A stretch of 64,000 nt of DNA from Pseudomonadota bacterium (GCA_021777795.1 JAJYDD010000001.1:689-64688), one strand, 5' to 3'. Shown: positions 19,573 through 29,997, counted from the stretch's first letter. Numbers and translations are program-made. Notes: a model not told the origin generated them from the sequence alone.

Positions 19573-19737
19573 GTCGCCCCGAATTCAGCGGGGTCAGACA
19601 GACCTTCCCCTTGCGGGGTCGATTAAAAGAGCCGGATTTAGGGCTGATACAACAAGGATTTACCGGCGTAGTAGCATAGCGTGCAAATACAGGAGAACGG
19701 CGGTGTGAGCTTCATCTTGCAGGTGGTCGCACCATGA

Positions 19738-20190
19738 TTATTCATCGCGCGCGCGGGAATCATCGACCTGCGCAGCGCCGATGTCTTCCGCAATCTCCTG
19801 GCGCAGTTTCGGCCCCTTGGCGAGCCGCCGCCCGAGCGCGGTGACGAAGGCGCCGTAGCGCTCGGCGGCCTTGGCGTGAGCAGCCTTTGCGACGGTTTCA
19901 GGCAATGTCGGCGTGGTGGCGAGCCAGAAGCGCACGAACACGGCGAACATCTCGACGGAAATCCCGACGTCGCGTTCGAGCCGGACCATGCGGCGGTCGA
20001 ACTGGTCGAGCCGCTTGGTGACAGCAGCTTCCTGTCGCTCGGCCGCGTCGGGCGACAGGAAGGATTCAATGGCGGCCTCCGCGATCAGCGAACGGGACTG
20101 ATCCCGCCGCGCGGCATGATCGGCGAGGCGTTTCATCACGGCGGGATCGAGATAGACGGACAGACGCTGCTTGCGGGCTGGTTTGCTCAT
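19738..20190 (-). CDS. CopG/ribbon-helix-helix regulator
   Basis: RLSVYLDPAVMKRL...SLIAEAAI; conserved position between traG and trbB. Confidence 0.8.
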   Translation of the reverse strand: MSKPARKQRLSVYLDPAVMKRLADHAARRDQSRSLIAEAAIESFLSPDAAERQEAAVTKRLDQFDRRMVRLERDVGISVEMFAVFVRFWLATTPTLPETVAKAAHAKAAERYGAFVTALGRRLAKGPKLRQEIAEDIGAAQVDDSRARDE

Positions 20191-20197
20191 CGCGGCC

Positions 20198-22183
20198 TCA
20201 CATATCCATGTCATCGCCGGGATCGAGCGAAGCCTGGCGGGCGACGCCCTGCATCATCCGGTTCATCTGGCTGTTGCGCGTGGCCTCATCTTCGTCGTCA
20301 TCGGGTATGCCGATTTCGAATTCGTTCTCGATCGGCTCTTTCCTCTCCACCGGCTGCACACGATTGAGTTCGGGTTGGAGACGGCGCTCGGATTCGGTCG
20401 GATCGTCATCCTCGTTCTCCGGCGCGGGCTTCGTTTCCGTGATTTCAGGGCGCGGCGGTACGGGCAGCGCGGTCCAGTCGTCGGGGCGGCCCTGCTTCGG
20501 CGCCGCCAGAACGGGTGGCGGCAGGATGCGCTCCTGCAACCGCCGATCCTCGAAATAGCGCGCCTTCTTCGCCCGGATCGGCGGGGTGCCGGCGACCATG
20601 ACGATCTCGTCGGTCGCGGGAAGCTGCATCACCTCGCCGGGCGTGAGCAGCGGGCGAGCGGTTTCCGAGCGTGACACCATCAAATGCCCGAGCCAGGGCG
20701 ATAACCGGCTGCCGGCATAGTTTTTCATCGCCTTCATCTCTGTGGCGGTGCCGAGCGCGTCCGACACGCGCTTCGCGGTGCGCTCGTCGTTGGTGGCAAA
20801 GCTGACCCGGACGTGGCAGTTGTCGAGGATCGAGTTGTTGGCGCCGTAGGCTTTCTCGATCTGGTTCAGCGACTGCGCGATCAGGAAGGACTTCAGCCCA
20901 TAGCCGGCCATGAAGGCGAGCGCCGACTCGAAGAAGTCGAGCCGCCCGAGCGCCGGAAACTCATCCAGCATCAGGAGCACGCGGTGACGCCCGGACTTGG
21001 CCTGCAAATCCTCGGTCAGGCGGCGGCCGACCTGATTGAGGATCAGGCGGATCAGCGGCTTGGTGCGATTGATGTCGGACGGCGGCACGACGAGGTAGAG
21101 CGTCGTTGGGCGCTTCCCTTCGACGATGTCGGTGATGCGCCAGTCGCAGCGGCGCGTCACCTCGGCGACGACAGGATCGCGGTAGAGGCCGAGGAATGAC
21201 ATGGCTGTCGAGAGTACGCCCGACCGCTCGTTGTCGGACTTGTTGAGCAGTTCGCGCGCGGCGCTGGCGATGACCGGGTGCGGCCCCGCGTCGCCGAGAT
21301 GCGCGGTCGTCATCATGGCATTGAGCGTCGATTCGATCGGACGCTTGGGATCGGAGAGGAAGGCTGCGACGCCGGCCAGCGTCTTGTCTTCCTCGGCATA
21401 GAGGACATGGAGGATCGCGCCGACCAGCAGCGCGTGGCTGGTCTTTTCCCAATGGGTGCGCTTTTCGAGGCTGCCCTCGGGATCGACCAGGATGTCGGCG
21501 ATGTTCTGAACGTCACGCACTTCCCATTCGCCGCGCCGGACTTCGAGCAGCGGGTTGTAGGCTGACGACTTCGCGTTGGTCGGATCGAACAGCAGCACGC
21601 GGCCGTGCCGCGCGCGGAAGCCAGCGGTGAGCTGCCAGTTCTCGCCCTTGATGTCGTGGACGATCGCCGAGCCTGGCCAGGTCAGCAGCGTGGGAATGAC
21701 GAGACCGACGCCCTTGCCCGAACGGGTCGGCGCGAAGCACAGCACATGCTCCGGCCCGTCGTGCCGGAGATAGTCCTGGGCGTAGTGGCCGAGCACGACG
21801 CCATCAGCGCCGAGCAATCCGGCAGCCTTCACTTCCGCCGTGTCTGCCCATCGCGCCGAGCCGTAGGTCTCGACCTTCTTGGCCTCGCGCGCGCGCCAGA
21901 CCGACATGCCGATCGCCACGGCGGCGGCGATCAGCCCTCCGGAGGCCGCGATATACGCGCCCTCGATGAAGATCGACGGCGCGTAGGCGTCATAGCCGTA
22001 CCACCACCAGAAGAAGGCAGGCGGAAAGTAGAAGGGGAAACCAACCAGACGAAACCACGGCTGTCCGAGTTCGGGCTGGAAGGCGAGCCGCCATGCGACC
22101 CATTCGGTCGCGCCCCAGACGCATAGGAAGACGATGGCGAAGACGGCGAGGATTTGACCCCATAGAATTTTGGTAGCGGACAT
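20198..22183 (-). CDS. traG: Type IV coupling protein TraG/VirD4
   Basis: APTRSGKGVG, HDIKGEN, MLDEFPALG, AQSLNQ. Confidence 0.95.
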   Translation of the reverse strand: MSATKILWGQILAVFAIVFLCVWGATEWVAWRLAFQPELGQPWFRLVGFPFYFPPAFFWWWYGYDAYAPSIFIEGAYIAASGGLIAAAVAIGMSVWRAREAKKVETYGSARWADTAEVKAAGLLGADGVVLGHYAQDYLRHDGPEHVLCFAPTRSGKGVGLVIPTLLTWPGSAIVHDIKGENWQLTAGFRARHGRVLLFDPTNAKSSAYNPLLEVRRGEWEVRDVQNIADILVDPEGSLEKRTHWEKTSHALLVGAILHVLYAEEDKTLAGVAAFLSDPKRPIESTLNAMMTTAHLGDAGPHPVIASAARELLNKSDNERSGVLSTAMSFLGLYRDPVVAEVTRRCDWRITDIVEGKRPTTLYLVVPPSDINRTKPLIRLILNQVGRRLTEDLQAKSGRHRVLLMLDEFPALGRLDFFESALAFMAGYGLKSFLIAQSLNQIEKAYGANNSILDNCHVRVSFATNDERTAKRVSDALGTATEMKAMKNYAGSRLSPWLGHLMVSRSETARPLLTPGEVMQLPATDEIVMVAGTPPIRAKKARYFEDRRLQERILPPPVLAAPKQGRPDDWTALPVPPRPEITETKPAPENEDDDPTESERRLQPELNRVQPVERKEPIENEFEIGIPDDDEDEATRNSQMNRMMQGVARQASLDPGDDMDM

Positions 22184-22224
22184 TTTCAATTCCTTTTTGT
22201 GGCAAAGGTTCTTCGGGAATGGGA

Positions 22225-23964
22225 TCAGAGGCCCAGGCCGCGCTTGCGGCCAAAGCTCCAGTCGATGCCGCCGTCATCGCGGGCGATGCCGGAGACGTGG
22301 CGGCCGAGTTGCTTTTCGAGAGAGGGCGTCCAGGGCACGAGCTGGAAGCCGAGGCCGCTGTCGATCATGGCGAAGCGACCGGAGGCGAGCGTGAAGCGTT
22401 GGCGATAGGAGCCAGCGACATATTCGCCGTTGCCGGCGCGGACGAATGGCTGCCCGGTCTCGGCGGCGAGCTTTTCGCCGAGCGCGTCCAACTCGCGGTC
22501 GCGCAGCTTCCCGATCAGATTGCGGTTGAAGGTGACGCGCTGGCCCTGCCGCTCGCCGAAACCCTGTTCGACCAGATGGTCGGCGCGGGCTTGCATGGCT
22601 TGACGTACGTCGGCGCCGAAACCACCATTGGACAGCGCAAACGGTTCTCGGGCGATGTTCTGGCGGTCGAGCCAGGTCGCGCCGGTCGCGGTGATCTGCC
22701 GGTCGATGTCTAGATCGGAACGGACGGCGAGCGCGACACGACGCTCGCCCTTGGCATCCTCGAACTTGCGCAGTTCGACGATCGAGCCCGCTACACTGTC
22801 ACCGGCGGCGTCGAGGTCGCGCAGCTTGATATGATGGGTGCGGCCATCGACACCATCGACCACGGCATAGGCCGTGCCCTTCAGCTCGTCGTCGAGGCCG
22901 CGTGTCACCAGACGCCCGACGATCGACGTGTCGAGGCTTTCGGCGGCGAGGACATAGCTCGCCGAGCCGCGCTCGATGCCACGTTCGGTAAGCGCACGGT
23001 GCATCCGCTTGATGATGTCGCCGCGCTCTCCCATCTCGCGCAGCGTTGCCTCGGCCTCGTCGGCGATCATCCATTGGCCGGGCGCCACCTGATCGGCGAG
23101 GCCGAGGGATTCCAGCTTGCGCAGGCGGCCGGCCTTCAAGGCATGATATTCGTCGGGCTTGGCCCGACGGTCGGGCGCGATGTCGATGACGCCGGTGTCG
23201 CGCCCGTCGCGCACGAGGTGGCGGTCGAGTTGGGTCCAGCGCTCGGCTTCGACCTGCCGGTCGAGATTGCGGCGGATGTCGAGATCGGTGCGCGGACCGA
23301 GATCCTGGGTGATGAGGTCACGCGCGCGGTCGCGCATCCCCTCCTTGATGTAGTCGCGGGCGATGACGAGATTGTCGCCGTCGTCACGCACGCCGCGCAC
23401 GATCAGATGGATGTGGGGATGCTCGGTGTTCCAGTGATCGACGCCGACCCAGTCGAGCCGCGTGTCGAGATCCTTCTCCATCTGGCCGATCAGATCGCGG
23501 GTGAAGGATTTGAGGTCCGTCATCTCCGCCGCGTCATCCGGCGAGACGATGAAGCGGAAATGATGCCGGTCGCCTTCACAGCGCTCCGCGAAAGAGCGGC
23601 CGTCAACGTCTTCGCTGCCCGGACCGAATAGCCGCGCCTTCTCCCCGTCGCGGGTCACGCCCTCGCGGCGGAGGTAATTCAGATGCGTGGCGAGCGGAGC
23701 CGAGCGGGCGGTCTGACGCACGACGCGCGCCTTGACGACGGCGCCTCGCGAGCGCGCGGTGATCAGCCGGTTCGCCTGGATGCTGGCGCGTTGCCCTTTG
23801 CCGAAGCGCGAGCGGGTGCCAAGGACGATCCGGCCCGAGCGCGAAATGCCGGCTCCCGCCTTTTGAGCGGCGGCGAGCGCCTGCGCGATGAAAGGCCGTG
23901 CGCTCTGTTTGCTGGACGAACGGATGCGGCCGGGCCGGACGTGAAACTCGTTGTCGCCAGTCAT
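22225..23964 (-). CDS. rlxS: Relaxase RlxS (MOB-P/VirD2-like with DUF3363)
   Basis: HLNYLRREGV, HHFRFIVSPDD, HWNTEHPHIHL His triad. Confidence 0.92.
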   Translation of the reverse strand: MTGDNEFHVRPGRIRSSSKQSARPFIAQALAAAQKAGAGISRSGRIVLGTRSRFGKGQRASIQANRLITARSRGAVVKARVVRQTARSAPLATHLNYLRREGVTRDGEKARLFGPGSEDVDGRSFAERCEGDRHHFRFIVSPDDAAEMTDLKSFTRDLIGQMEKDLDTRLDWVGVDHWNTEHPHIHLIVRGVRDDGDNLVIARDYIKEGMRDRARDLITQDLGPRTDLDIRRNLDRQVEAERWTQLDRHLVRDGRDTGVIDIAPDRRAKPDEYHALKAGRLRKLESLGLADQVAPGQWMIADEAEATLREMGERGDIIKRMHRALTERGIERGSASYVLAAESLDTSIVGRLVTRGLDDELKGTAYAVVDGVDGRTHHIKLRDLDAAGDSVAGSIVELRKFEDAKGERRVALAVRSDLDIDRQITATGATWLDRQNIAREPFALSNGGFGADVRQAMQARADHLVEQGFGERQGQRVTFNRNLIGKLRDRELDALGEKLAAETGQPFVRAGNGEYVAGSYRQRFTLASGRFAMIDSGLGFQLVPWTPSLEKQLGRHVSGIARDDGGIDWSFGRKRGLGL

Positions 23965-24022
23965 GGCCGAGACCCCGCACATCGCGTCAGGGCACGGATA
24001 AATCTCGGGAATCGGCAATTCT

Positions 24023-24125
24023 GCGAGGTGCGCCGAAAGTCGGCACCTCGCGAAATATCTGCATAAACCCTTGAAACAACACGACCGCCCGACGCCGCAC
24101 CTCGCGGCCCTTTATCCTGCCATCT
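24023..24125 (+). promoter_or_regulatory. Putative oriT with IncP-type nic site
   Basis: Inverted repeat GCGAGGTGC(24023-31)/GCACCTCGC(24043-51), a third GCACCTCGC (24097-105), and TATCCTG^C at 24113-24120, just upstream of the relaxase. Confidence 0.72.
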
Positions 24126-24208
24126 TCCGGTCGTGCTGCCCGTGCTCCCCCTCAGCGCCCTCCATGGCACGCTGGAACGCGCTATCGTGCGATCAGGAAC
24201 CCGCGCCA

Positions 24209-24904
24209 TCATTGCGCCATTCCCCCGCTTGCCCGCGCGACGAACAGACCGCTCGACTGCGGCACGATGGCGGAGACATCGCGCACGATCGGCGTCGTCG
24301 AAGCATTGCTCGACGGACGCTCGGCCGGAGCCGGATCGGCATCCGGTTTGCTTGTCGGTTGCACGATGAACAGCGACGAGCGGGTCCAAGCCGAGGGATC
24401 GTTTGCGGCGATGACCGTGACGCGGGGATTTGCGCCGCCGTCGAGATTGGGCGCAACGGTCGCGACATAGGCGCGGGTTTCGCGCGGCAGCGGACGGCCC
24501 TTCAATGACGCCTCATAGCGTCCGGGTCCGGCATTGTAGGCGGCAATCCAGCCCGGCGAGCCATAGCGGTCGTAGAGCAGCCGAATGTAGGCCGCGCCCG
24601 CGATGATGTTGTCGTGCGGATCGTAGGGATCGCCGCCTAGACGATGGCGGATACGCAGATCGGCCCAAGTCGCGGGCATTACTTGCATCAGGCCGAGGGC
24701 GCCCTTGGGTGAGACAGCGCGCGGATTGCCGTTGCTTTCGGCGGCGAGGACGGCGCGTATCCATGCGGCGGGAAGTTGGAAGCGCTGCGCCGCCTGGGCG
24801 ATGTGATCGCCGAAGGGATCGCGCGGCGACTGCGCGAAGCTCGGACCCGGAACCGCGCAAGCGAGGGACAGGCCGGAAAGGAGAAGGAAGGCGGCGCAGC
24901 GCAT
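24209..24904 (-). CDS. Lytic transglycosylase (SLT)
   Basis: AES, GALGLMQVMP, AAYNAGPG motifs; signal peptide. Confidence 0.9.
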   Translation of the reverse strand: MRCAAFLLLSGLSLACAVPGPSFAQSPRDPFGDHIAQAAQRFQLPAAWIRAVLAAESNGNPRAVSPKGALGLMQVMPATWADLRIRHRLGGDPYDPHDNIIAGAAYIRLLYDRYGSPGWIAAYNAGPGRYEASLKGRPLPRETRAYVATVAPNLDGGANPRVTVIAANDPSAWTRSSLFIVQPTSKPDADPAPAERPSSNASTTPIVRDVSAIVPQSSGLFVARASGGMAQ

Positions 24905-24908
24905 GGCG

Positions 24909-25256
24909 TCAGTCCTTTCCGTCGTGCTTGGGCTGGCGGCTCCAGTGCAGCGACCAGACAGCGCCGGCATCGTCGTCACGGAACAGATTGGCGCGGATCG
25001 GCTGCGGCAGCGCCGGATCGTCGATGACCAGTGCGAGGTATTCGCCTGCGCGCTCGCCGGTGCGTTTCCAGGCGGCGCCGCATTCCGGGCCGGGTTCGGC
25101 GCCGCCGTCGTCTACGGCATGGAGGCGATAGTCCGGCGCGTTCTCTGCGTCGGACTGTTCGGCCGGAACGAGAACGATGTGCCGAAACAGCGTGAACGTC
25201 TCGATGCGACCGGCGAAGGCGGTTTTATCGCGGGTGAATTGACCGATCTGAGGCAT
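24909..25256 (-). CDS. DUF736 family protein
   Basis: MPQIGQFTR, NAPDYRL, GAAWKRT, IDDPALPQPIRANLF. Confidence 0.82.
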   Translation of the reverse strand: MPQIGQFTRDKTAFAGRIETFTLFRHIVLVPAEQSDAENAPDYRLHAVDDGGAEPGPECGAAWKRTGERAGEYLALVIDDPALPQPIRANLFRDDDAGAVWSLHWSRQPKHDGKD

Positions 25257-25323
25257 GGGTTTGTCCTTCGCGACGGCGTTGGGAAACCATTGGCGGGCGC
25301 CGCTCCCGCCGATGGGAAAGCGG

Positions 25324-25869
25324 TCAGCGTGTGGCGGCTCGCCACTCGAAGCGGCCTTCGCCAGCTTCGTCGGTGTAGAGGGGCGCCGCCTTGCCGATGA
25401 CGTCACGCGACGGGATCGCGCCGAAATAGCGGCCATCGAGGCTGTCCGGCACGGAGGGGTTCATCAGGAAGATTTCGCCATCGGCGATGCGCCGGCAGCC
25501 CTGCCAGACCGGCAGCGGACGACCGCGCTTGTCGCGGTCGAGCGCCTCGCCGAAGGGCACGGCATCGATCGTCACGACAGTGCCCGAGCGGCAAACATCC
25601 TGTCCGGGCAGCGCGGCGACGTGCTTCAACAGCGGCACGCCGCGCCCGATATAGCCGCGTCCGACCATGAAGTCGGCGAGCGGCTTTTCCGGCATGACGG
25701 CGACCAGATCGCCGTCAGTGAGATGGCCGGGGCCTTCGATGTCGTAGAAGCCGATGGGCACGCTGGCCGAGGCGTTCCACACGAGGCGCAAAGACGTCGG
25801 AATGAACCCGGCGATGGCGACGGCCATCAAAGACAGGTACGTCGCCATGACATAGCCGAAGCGGGTCAT
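25324..25869 (-). CDS. traF: S26 peptidase TraF (pilin maturase)
   Basis: WNASASVPIGFY, LLKHV, DSLDGRYFG. Confidence 0.9.
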   Translation of the reverse strand: MTRFGYVMATYLSLMAVAIAGFIPTSLRLVWNASASVPIGFYDIEGPGHLTDGDLVAVMPEKPLADFMVGRGYIGRGVPLLKHVAALPGQDVCRSGTVVTIDAVPFGEALDRDKRGRPLPVWQGCRRIADGEIFLMNPSVPDSLDGRYFGAIPSRDVIGKAAPLYTDEAGEGRFEWRAATR

Positions 25870-26387
25870 CCTTCGACCCTCCGCCGCTTGAGCCACGCTT
25901 GATGGCGTTCCATCGTGTAGGCGCGCGGCTCCTGGCCGGCGCTCATGCGGTGATGGACGTGGCGCCAGTGATCAGGGCAGACATCGCAGGCGTCGATACC
26001 GGCGGCTTCCACCGCATCGATGTGGCGGAGCACCTGCTCGACCTTGGGCCAGCCCTCGATCTTCAACAGGATGTCGCCGCCGGGACGCACGAAAGGCAGC
26101 GTCTGATAGGGCTCGCCGGGCCTGACCGCGCGCACGATGTCGATGCGCGAAATGATCGTGCCGAAGTCGTTGGCCGCCCAGCGGACGAAGGCGAAGATGC
26201 TGTCCGGCCGATAGGAGAAGATGCGGCGGCGGCGATCAAGCACTTGCTCGCGCGCCTCGCGGCCGAACCTGATCCAGTTCTCGATGCGCTTCTCCACCCA
26301 GGTCAGTTCGACATGAGTGAGGTTGTCGCCATGCGCGGCGATCGGCACGGGGCCGCCGCGCACGCGGGGAGCCGCGTAGCCGTTCAT
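25866..26387 (-). CDS. DUF2840 family protein
   Basis: LTHVELTWVEKRIENWIRFG, FVRWAANDFGT; position upstream of traF. Confidence 0.82.
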   Translation of the reverse strand: MNGYAAPRVRGGPVPIAAHGDNLTHVELTWVEKRIENWIRFGREAREQVLDRRRRIFSYRPDSIFAFVRWAANDFGTIISRIDIVRAVRPGEPYQTLPFVRPGGDILLKIEGWPKVEQVLRHIDAVEAAGIDACDVCPDHWRHVHHRMSAGQEPRAYTMERHQAWLKRRRVEG

Positions 26388-26635
26388 GATGGGTCTCCGG
26401 GATTTGAGGGAAATTCGCGCGCGAGGAGTTCGCGCAGGGCTTCGGCGACCGTGATCCCGCGCTTGAACGCGGCGATCTTGATCCGCCCGCGCAGATCCTG
26501 CGTCACGTCGATGGTGAGCCGAGCGGTGAAACCGGCCGCCTCGCCATCACGCGGGGCGACGTCGCCAGCCTTGATCCAGTGTTCGGGATCGGCGGGCCTG
26601 CTGGCAAAGCCGCGACGGGTCGGGCGCTCGCTCAT
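26384..26635 (-). CDS. Small RHH partition partner (ParG-like)
   Basis: FTARLTIDVT...RIKIAAF...LRELL; follows parA. Confidence 0.75.
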   Translation of the reverse strand: MSERPTRRGFASRPADPEHWIKAGDVAPRDGEAAGFTARLTIDVTQDLRGRIKIAAFKRGITVAEALRELLAREFPSNPGDPS

Positions 26636-27285
26636 CGCGCCGCCCTCCCGATTTTTAGACGCTCGATTTCATCGGCGAGCGCCGCGATCTCGCGCGCGGC
26701 GGGCGCGGCTTCATCGAGTTCAAAGACGAGACGGCCCGATTGCGCGGCCGCCGCAAAGGCGATGCGCTGACCGATGGTGGTGGTGAGCACCGGCGGGTCG
26801 TGATCGGCTAGCGTCTCCGCCGTCTCGCGCGCGAGTACGGTGCGGGCGTCGCAACGGTTGAGCACAAAGCGCGCCAAGAGTTCAGGCCGGTAGATGCGCG
26901 CCTCGGCGACGAGCGCCAGCATCTCGGCCGATGCCCAACCGTCGAGCGGCGATGGCTGCACGGGGATCAGCACGAGGTCGGCGGCGAGCAACGCCGAGCG
27001 CATCAGAGCGGCGACGCGCGGCGGCCCGTCGATGACGATCACGTCAGCGCCGCGGGCCAGCTCCGGCGCCTCCCGATGCAGCGTATCGCGCGCCAGGCCG
27101 ACGACGCCGAACAAGCGGCTCACCCCCTCACGGCTGCGCTGCTGCGACCAGTCGAGCGCCGAGCCTTGCGGGTCCGCATCGATCAGCGTGACCCGCCTTC
27201 CCTTACCGGCCCATGCGCCAGCGAGGTTCAGCGCCAGTGTCGTTTTGCCGACGCCGCCTTTTTGGTTGAGAAGCGCCACGATCAT
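26632..27285 (-). CDS. parA: ParA family partition ATPase
   Basis: KGGVGKTT, DADPQGS, IDGPP. Confidence 0.92.
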   Translation of the reverse strand: MIVALLNQKGGVGKTTLALNLAGAWAGKGRRVTLIDADPQGSALDWSQQRSREGVSRLFGVVGLARDTLHREAPELARGADVIVIDGPPRVAALMRSALLAADLVLIPVQPSPLDGWASAEMLALVAEARIYRPELLARFVLNRCDARTVLARETAETLADHDPPVLTTTIGQRIAFAAAAQSGRLVFELDEAAPAAREIAALADEIERLKIGRAAR

Positions 27286-28415
27286 GGCCGGCCTCCCGAA
27301 CGATTGCTGAAGGGCAGCTGCGGGGCATCGGACGCGGTCTGCGGGGAACGGTTTCGGGGCGGTTTCGCGGTTGAACTGAGGGCGTCTGCGGCCCCGCGAA
27401 CGAGGTTTTCCACATCGCGCGCGCGCTCTTCAAAGTTAGATTCTCTGTTAGACTCTAAGTTAAGGGCGCGAATTTCCGTTGTGACGCATGGACTTGCGCC
27501 CTGTTTGGGTTCCTGCTGGCACGATAGGGCGGTTCCCGATAGCACGCGCCCCAGGGTTCCCGATGGCACGACGCTATCCACAGGTTTTCCACAGGGCGGG
27601 AAAGGCTCGAAAGCGAGCAGCGTGCGCCCGCCGATCTCGACTTCGAGAAACAGCCGGTATCCGGGCAAGGGCTGGCGACGAATGATGTCGCGCAGCTCGA
27701 AGGCGAAGCGCTTGAACGGCGACAGCGCACCGGATTTCTGGTGCAAATGGCGGAAGGCGAAGCGCCAACCCTTCCGCTGGCGGCCACCATGCTTGCGCAC
27801 GATCCGGTAAAGCCAGCGTTCGAGACCGCCAGCGAGATCGAAGTAGGCGCGGTCGATGGTGAGAATGAGCGCGTCATCGATGACGGCTTGGTAGAACCAG
27901 TCAGGCAGGATCATTTCGATGCCGTCCGGCCGACCGTCGCGGTCAGTGCGCTCCTTCCATTCGTTGATCCACGAGAAGCGGTGTCGACGACCCTCTGCGG
28001 GTTGGCGGATCGACGTGCAGACGGTGGTGGACTGAAGGCGGTCGAGCGCGGCCTTCAGGCGCTGATAGTCGCGCTGGGACGTGCCCCGGCCGATGAAGCG
28101 CAGGATTTCGTAAGGGGTGGCGGCCATTAGGCGCGAGGTGCGAAGCCCCGCGTCGCGGGCTTCGACGATCTGGCTCGCCGCCCAGATCAGGATGTCCGCA
28201 TCCCATATCGTCGCCATCCCGTGATCGGGCACGGCTTCGACGCGGATCGTGATGTCACCGGCGGTGAAATCTATCGGCGCGGCGCGATGGGATTTGGAGA
28301 GGGAGAAGAAGGGATAGGCCATGAGATCCTGCGCGTCTCGCGCGGCGAAATCACCTGGCAGCGCCCGGAACAGATCGAGCTGTCCGCGCTCAGATGACCG
28401 ATGCCGCGCCACCAT
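27282..28415 (-). CDS. repA: Replication initiator protein A
   Basis: RDAQDLMAYPFFSLSK, GMATIWDADILIW, GGLERWLY; ICE backbone position. Confidence 0.87.
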   Translation of the reverse strand: MVARHRSSERGQLDLFRALPGDFAARDAQDLMAYPFFSLSKSHRAAPIDFTAGDITIRVEAVPDHGMATIWDADILIWAASQIVEARDAGLRTSRLMAATPYEILRFIGRGTSQRDYQRLKAALDRLQSTTVCTSIRQPAEGRRHRFSWINEWKERTDRDGRPDGIEMILPDWFYQAVIDDALILTIDRAYFDLAGGLERWLYRIVRKHGGRQRKGWRFAFRHLHQKSGALSPFKRFAFELRDIIRRQPLPGYRLFLEVEIGGRTLLAFEPFPPCGKPVDSVVPSGTLGRVLSGTALSCQQEPKQGASPCVTTEIRALNLESNRESNFEERARDVENLVRGAADALSSTAKPPRNRSPQTASDAPQLPFSNRSGGRP

Positions 28416-28426
28416 TCGGGAGGCGC

Positions 28427-28708
28427 TCAGCGCGCGTAACGGCTGGGCTGCGGCGCGGCCGAGAGCAGATGGCGCTTGGCGGGCAGCACGCTCCCGCGCG
28501 GGTCGGAGGTGGAGGTGACGGCGCCGCGTTCGGCCCAGGCTTGCAAGTCGTCGACGGCATAAACGACGCGGCCACCGAGCTTTTTATAGGCGGGGCCGGT
28601 CCCGTAGGTGCGGTGCTTCTCCAAAGTTCGGGCGGAGAGGCTCAGAAATTCGGCGGCTTCCTTGGTGCGCAGGAAGCGCGGCGGCAGAGGCGCCAGATCG
28701 GGTCGCAT
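28427..28708 (-). CDS. rdfS: RdfS/AlpA-like excisionase
   Basis: RFLRTKEAAEFLSLSARTLEKHRTYGTGPAY...VVY...DL; FseA box upstream. Confidence 0.85.
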   Translation of the reverse strand: MRPDLAPLPPRFLRTKEAAEFLSLSARTLEKHRTYGTGPAYKKLGGRVVYAVDDLQAWAERGAVTSTSDPRGSVLPAKRHLLSAAPQPSRYAR

Positions 28709-28797
28709 GGGTCGGCCTTTCGTGGGGTTCGGGGGCGCCGTCGAAAATCGGCGGCGGTCGAAGGCCACGATGGCGAAGGGAAACCTGCGCGATGGAG

Positions 28798-28825
28798 GGC
28801 GAAGTTGGGGGGTATCGAGTTCGCC
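28798..28825. promoter_or_regulatory. FseA-binding inverted repeat in the rdfS promoter
   Basis: GGCGAA-N16-TTCGCC at 28798-28825. Confidence 0.75.
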
Positions 28826-28849
28826 CACCGGGCCGCGCGAAGGCTCAGG

Positions 28850-29609
28850 CTATTTCGGCCGGCGATGTCGAAGGAGCTTGCGATAGCCGCCGGCGATCAT
28901 GGCGCGCGCATCCCGGATCAGGGCTTTCACCGAATGGCGAGTTGAAGACGTCTGCCATTCATCTCGGCTGATGCGACCTATGCGGAAAATGACTTGCGCG
29001 ATTTCCTGCCGGGTGGCGCCAGCCCGATAGCCATCGAAGGCTTGCAGCATCCGGCGCAGACGCGCCCGCTGCTGTATGGTCAGCCGGGTGTCGGGCGGAA
29101 TCGCCCGGCCATGCAGCGCGGCAAGCAACCGATGGACCGCTTCGAGGCGATCCAACCCATCGGCGCCGAGCGGCACGAGCGCGGCGGTGGGCGCAACACC
29201 ATCGTGGATGAGTCGAAGATGCTGGCCATTGCCGAGATCGAGCAGGACGTAAGCGGCGCCTTCCGCGCTCAGCGAGACAGCCGCATCGATTTGTGGGATG
29301 TGCGCGACCGGCATGAGCGCCGGCGGTGCGGCCCCGAGCACGACGACGCTGGTGTCGTGCTGCGCCAGCCAGAAGACCGGCGCGTCAGGTGGAGGTCGCT
29401 GGGGGTCGACAGGGAAATCGCAACCCCCATTGCTGGCGGATTTTCTCGGTCAGCACTTGCTGGTCTGCATCGGCGCTGCCGAGCGCATCGAAATCATGTT
29501 CGTAATCGTCGTTGCGACGCAGCCATTCCCAGGCGAGATCGGACGCGGTGAGATCATCGACATGATCGTAGCGCGCGGGCAAGCGCCACTGGGATGCATC
29601 CGGCGTCAT
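28850..29609 (-). CDS. fseA: FseA activator (Msi172-Msi171), joined by a +1 programmed ribosomal frameshift
   Basis: ORF1 (29385-29609) has AWEWLRRN and ends QWGLRFP; CAA TGG GGG TTG CGA TTT CCC fits the ICESym slip motif; the +1 frame continues PVDPQRPPPDAPVFW into the DUF2285 ORF 28850-29341. Confidence 0.85.
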
Positions 29610-29724
29610 CGCGTTCCTCTCCCCTCGATTGACCAAACTACGGGGACAACGAGATTTCCCGGAAAGGTTGAAAGCCGGAAGTCATTTTGAGGGCAAAGGG
29701 CGATGCCGTAGCGGCATCACCGCG

Positions 29725-29997
29725 TCAGTGCCGTTGGCTTTGGCGAACGAGTTCCCGATAGCCGCGCTCGGTCATCCATTGCGCTCGCGCCAGATGGGCG
29801 TCGTGGATCAGGCGACAGCGTTGCGGGTCGAGATCGGGGTCGAGGCCGAACAAGATCTGCACTGCTTCACGCCAGTCGGCGCCGTCGCGCGCGGCGTCGA
29901 GCAAGCGCAGATACAGCACCATGTGCTCGCGATCATAGGGCGTGAGGGCCTGATCGCGCGGAGGTTCATCCAAGAATTGCGGTGCGGTTTGTGTCAC
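29725..29997 (-). CDS. qseM: QseM antiactivator (stand-alone DUF2285)
   Basis: LTPYDREHMVLYLRLLDAARDGADWREAV...HLARAQWM..GY. Confidence 0.82.
   Translation of the reverse strand: MTQTAPQFLDEPPRDQALTPYDREHMVLYLRLLDAARDGADWREAVQILFGLDPDLDPQRCRLIHDAHLARAQWMTERGYRELVRQSQRH

Noticed and set aside
28850-29636. msi172/msi171 as a frameshifted pseudogene or sequencing error
   Set aside because: The break falls on the known programmed +1 frameshift motif, and the cognate FseA box and qseM are intact
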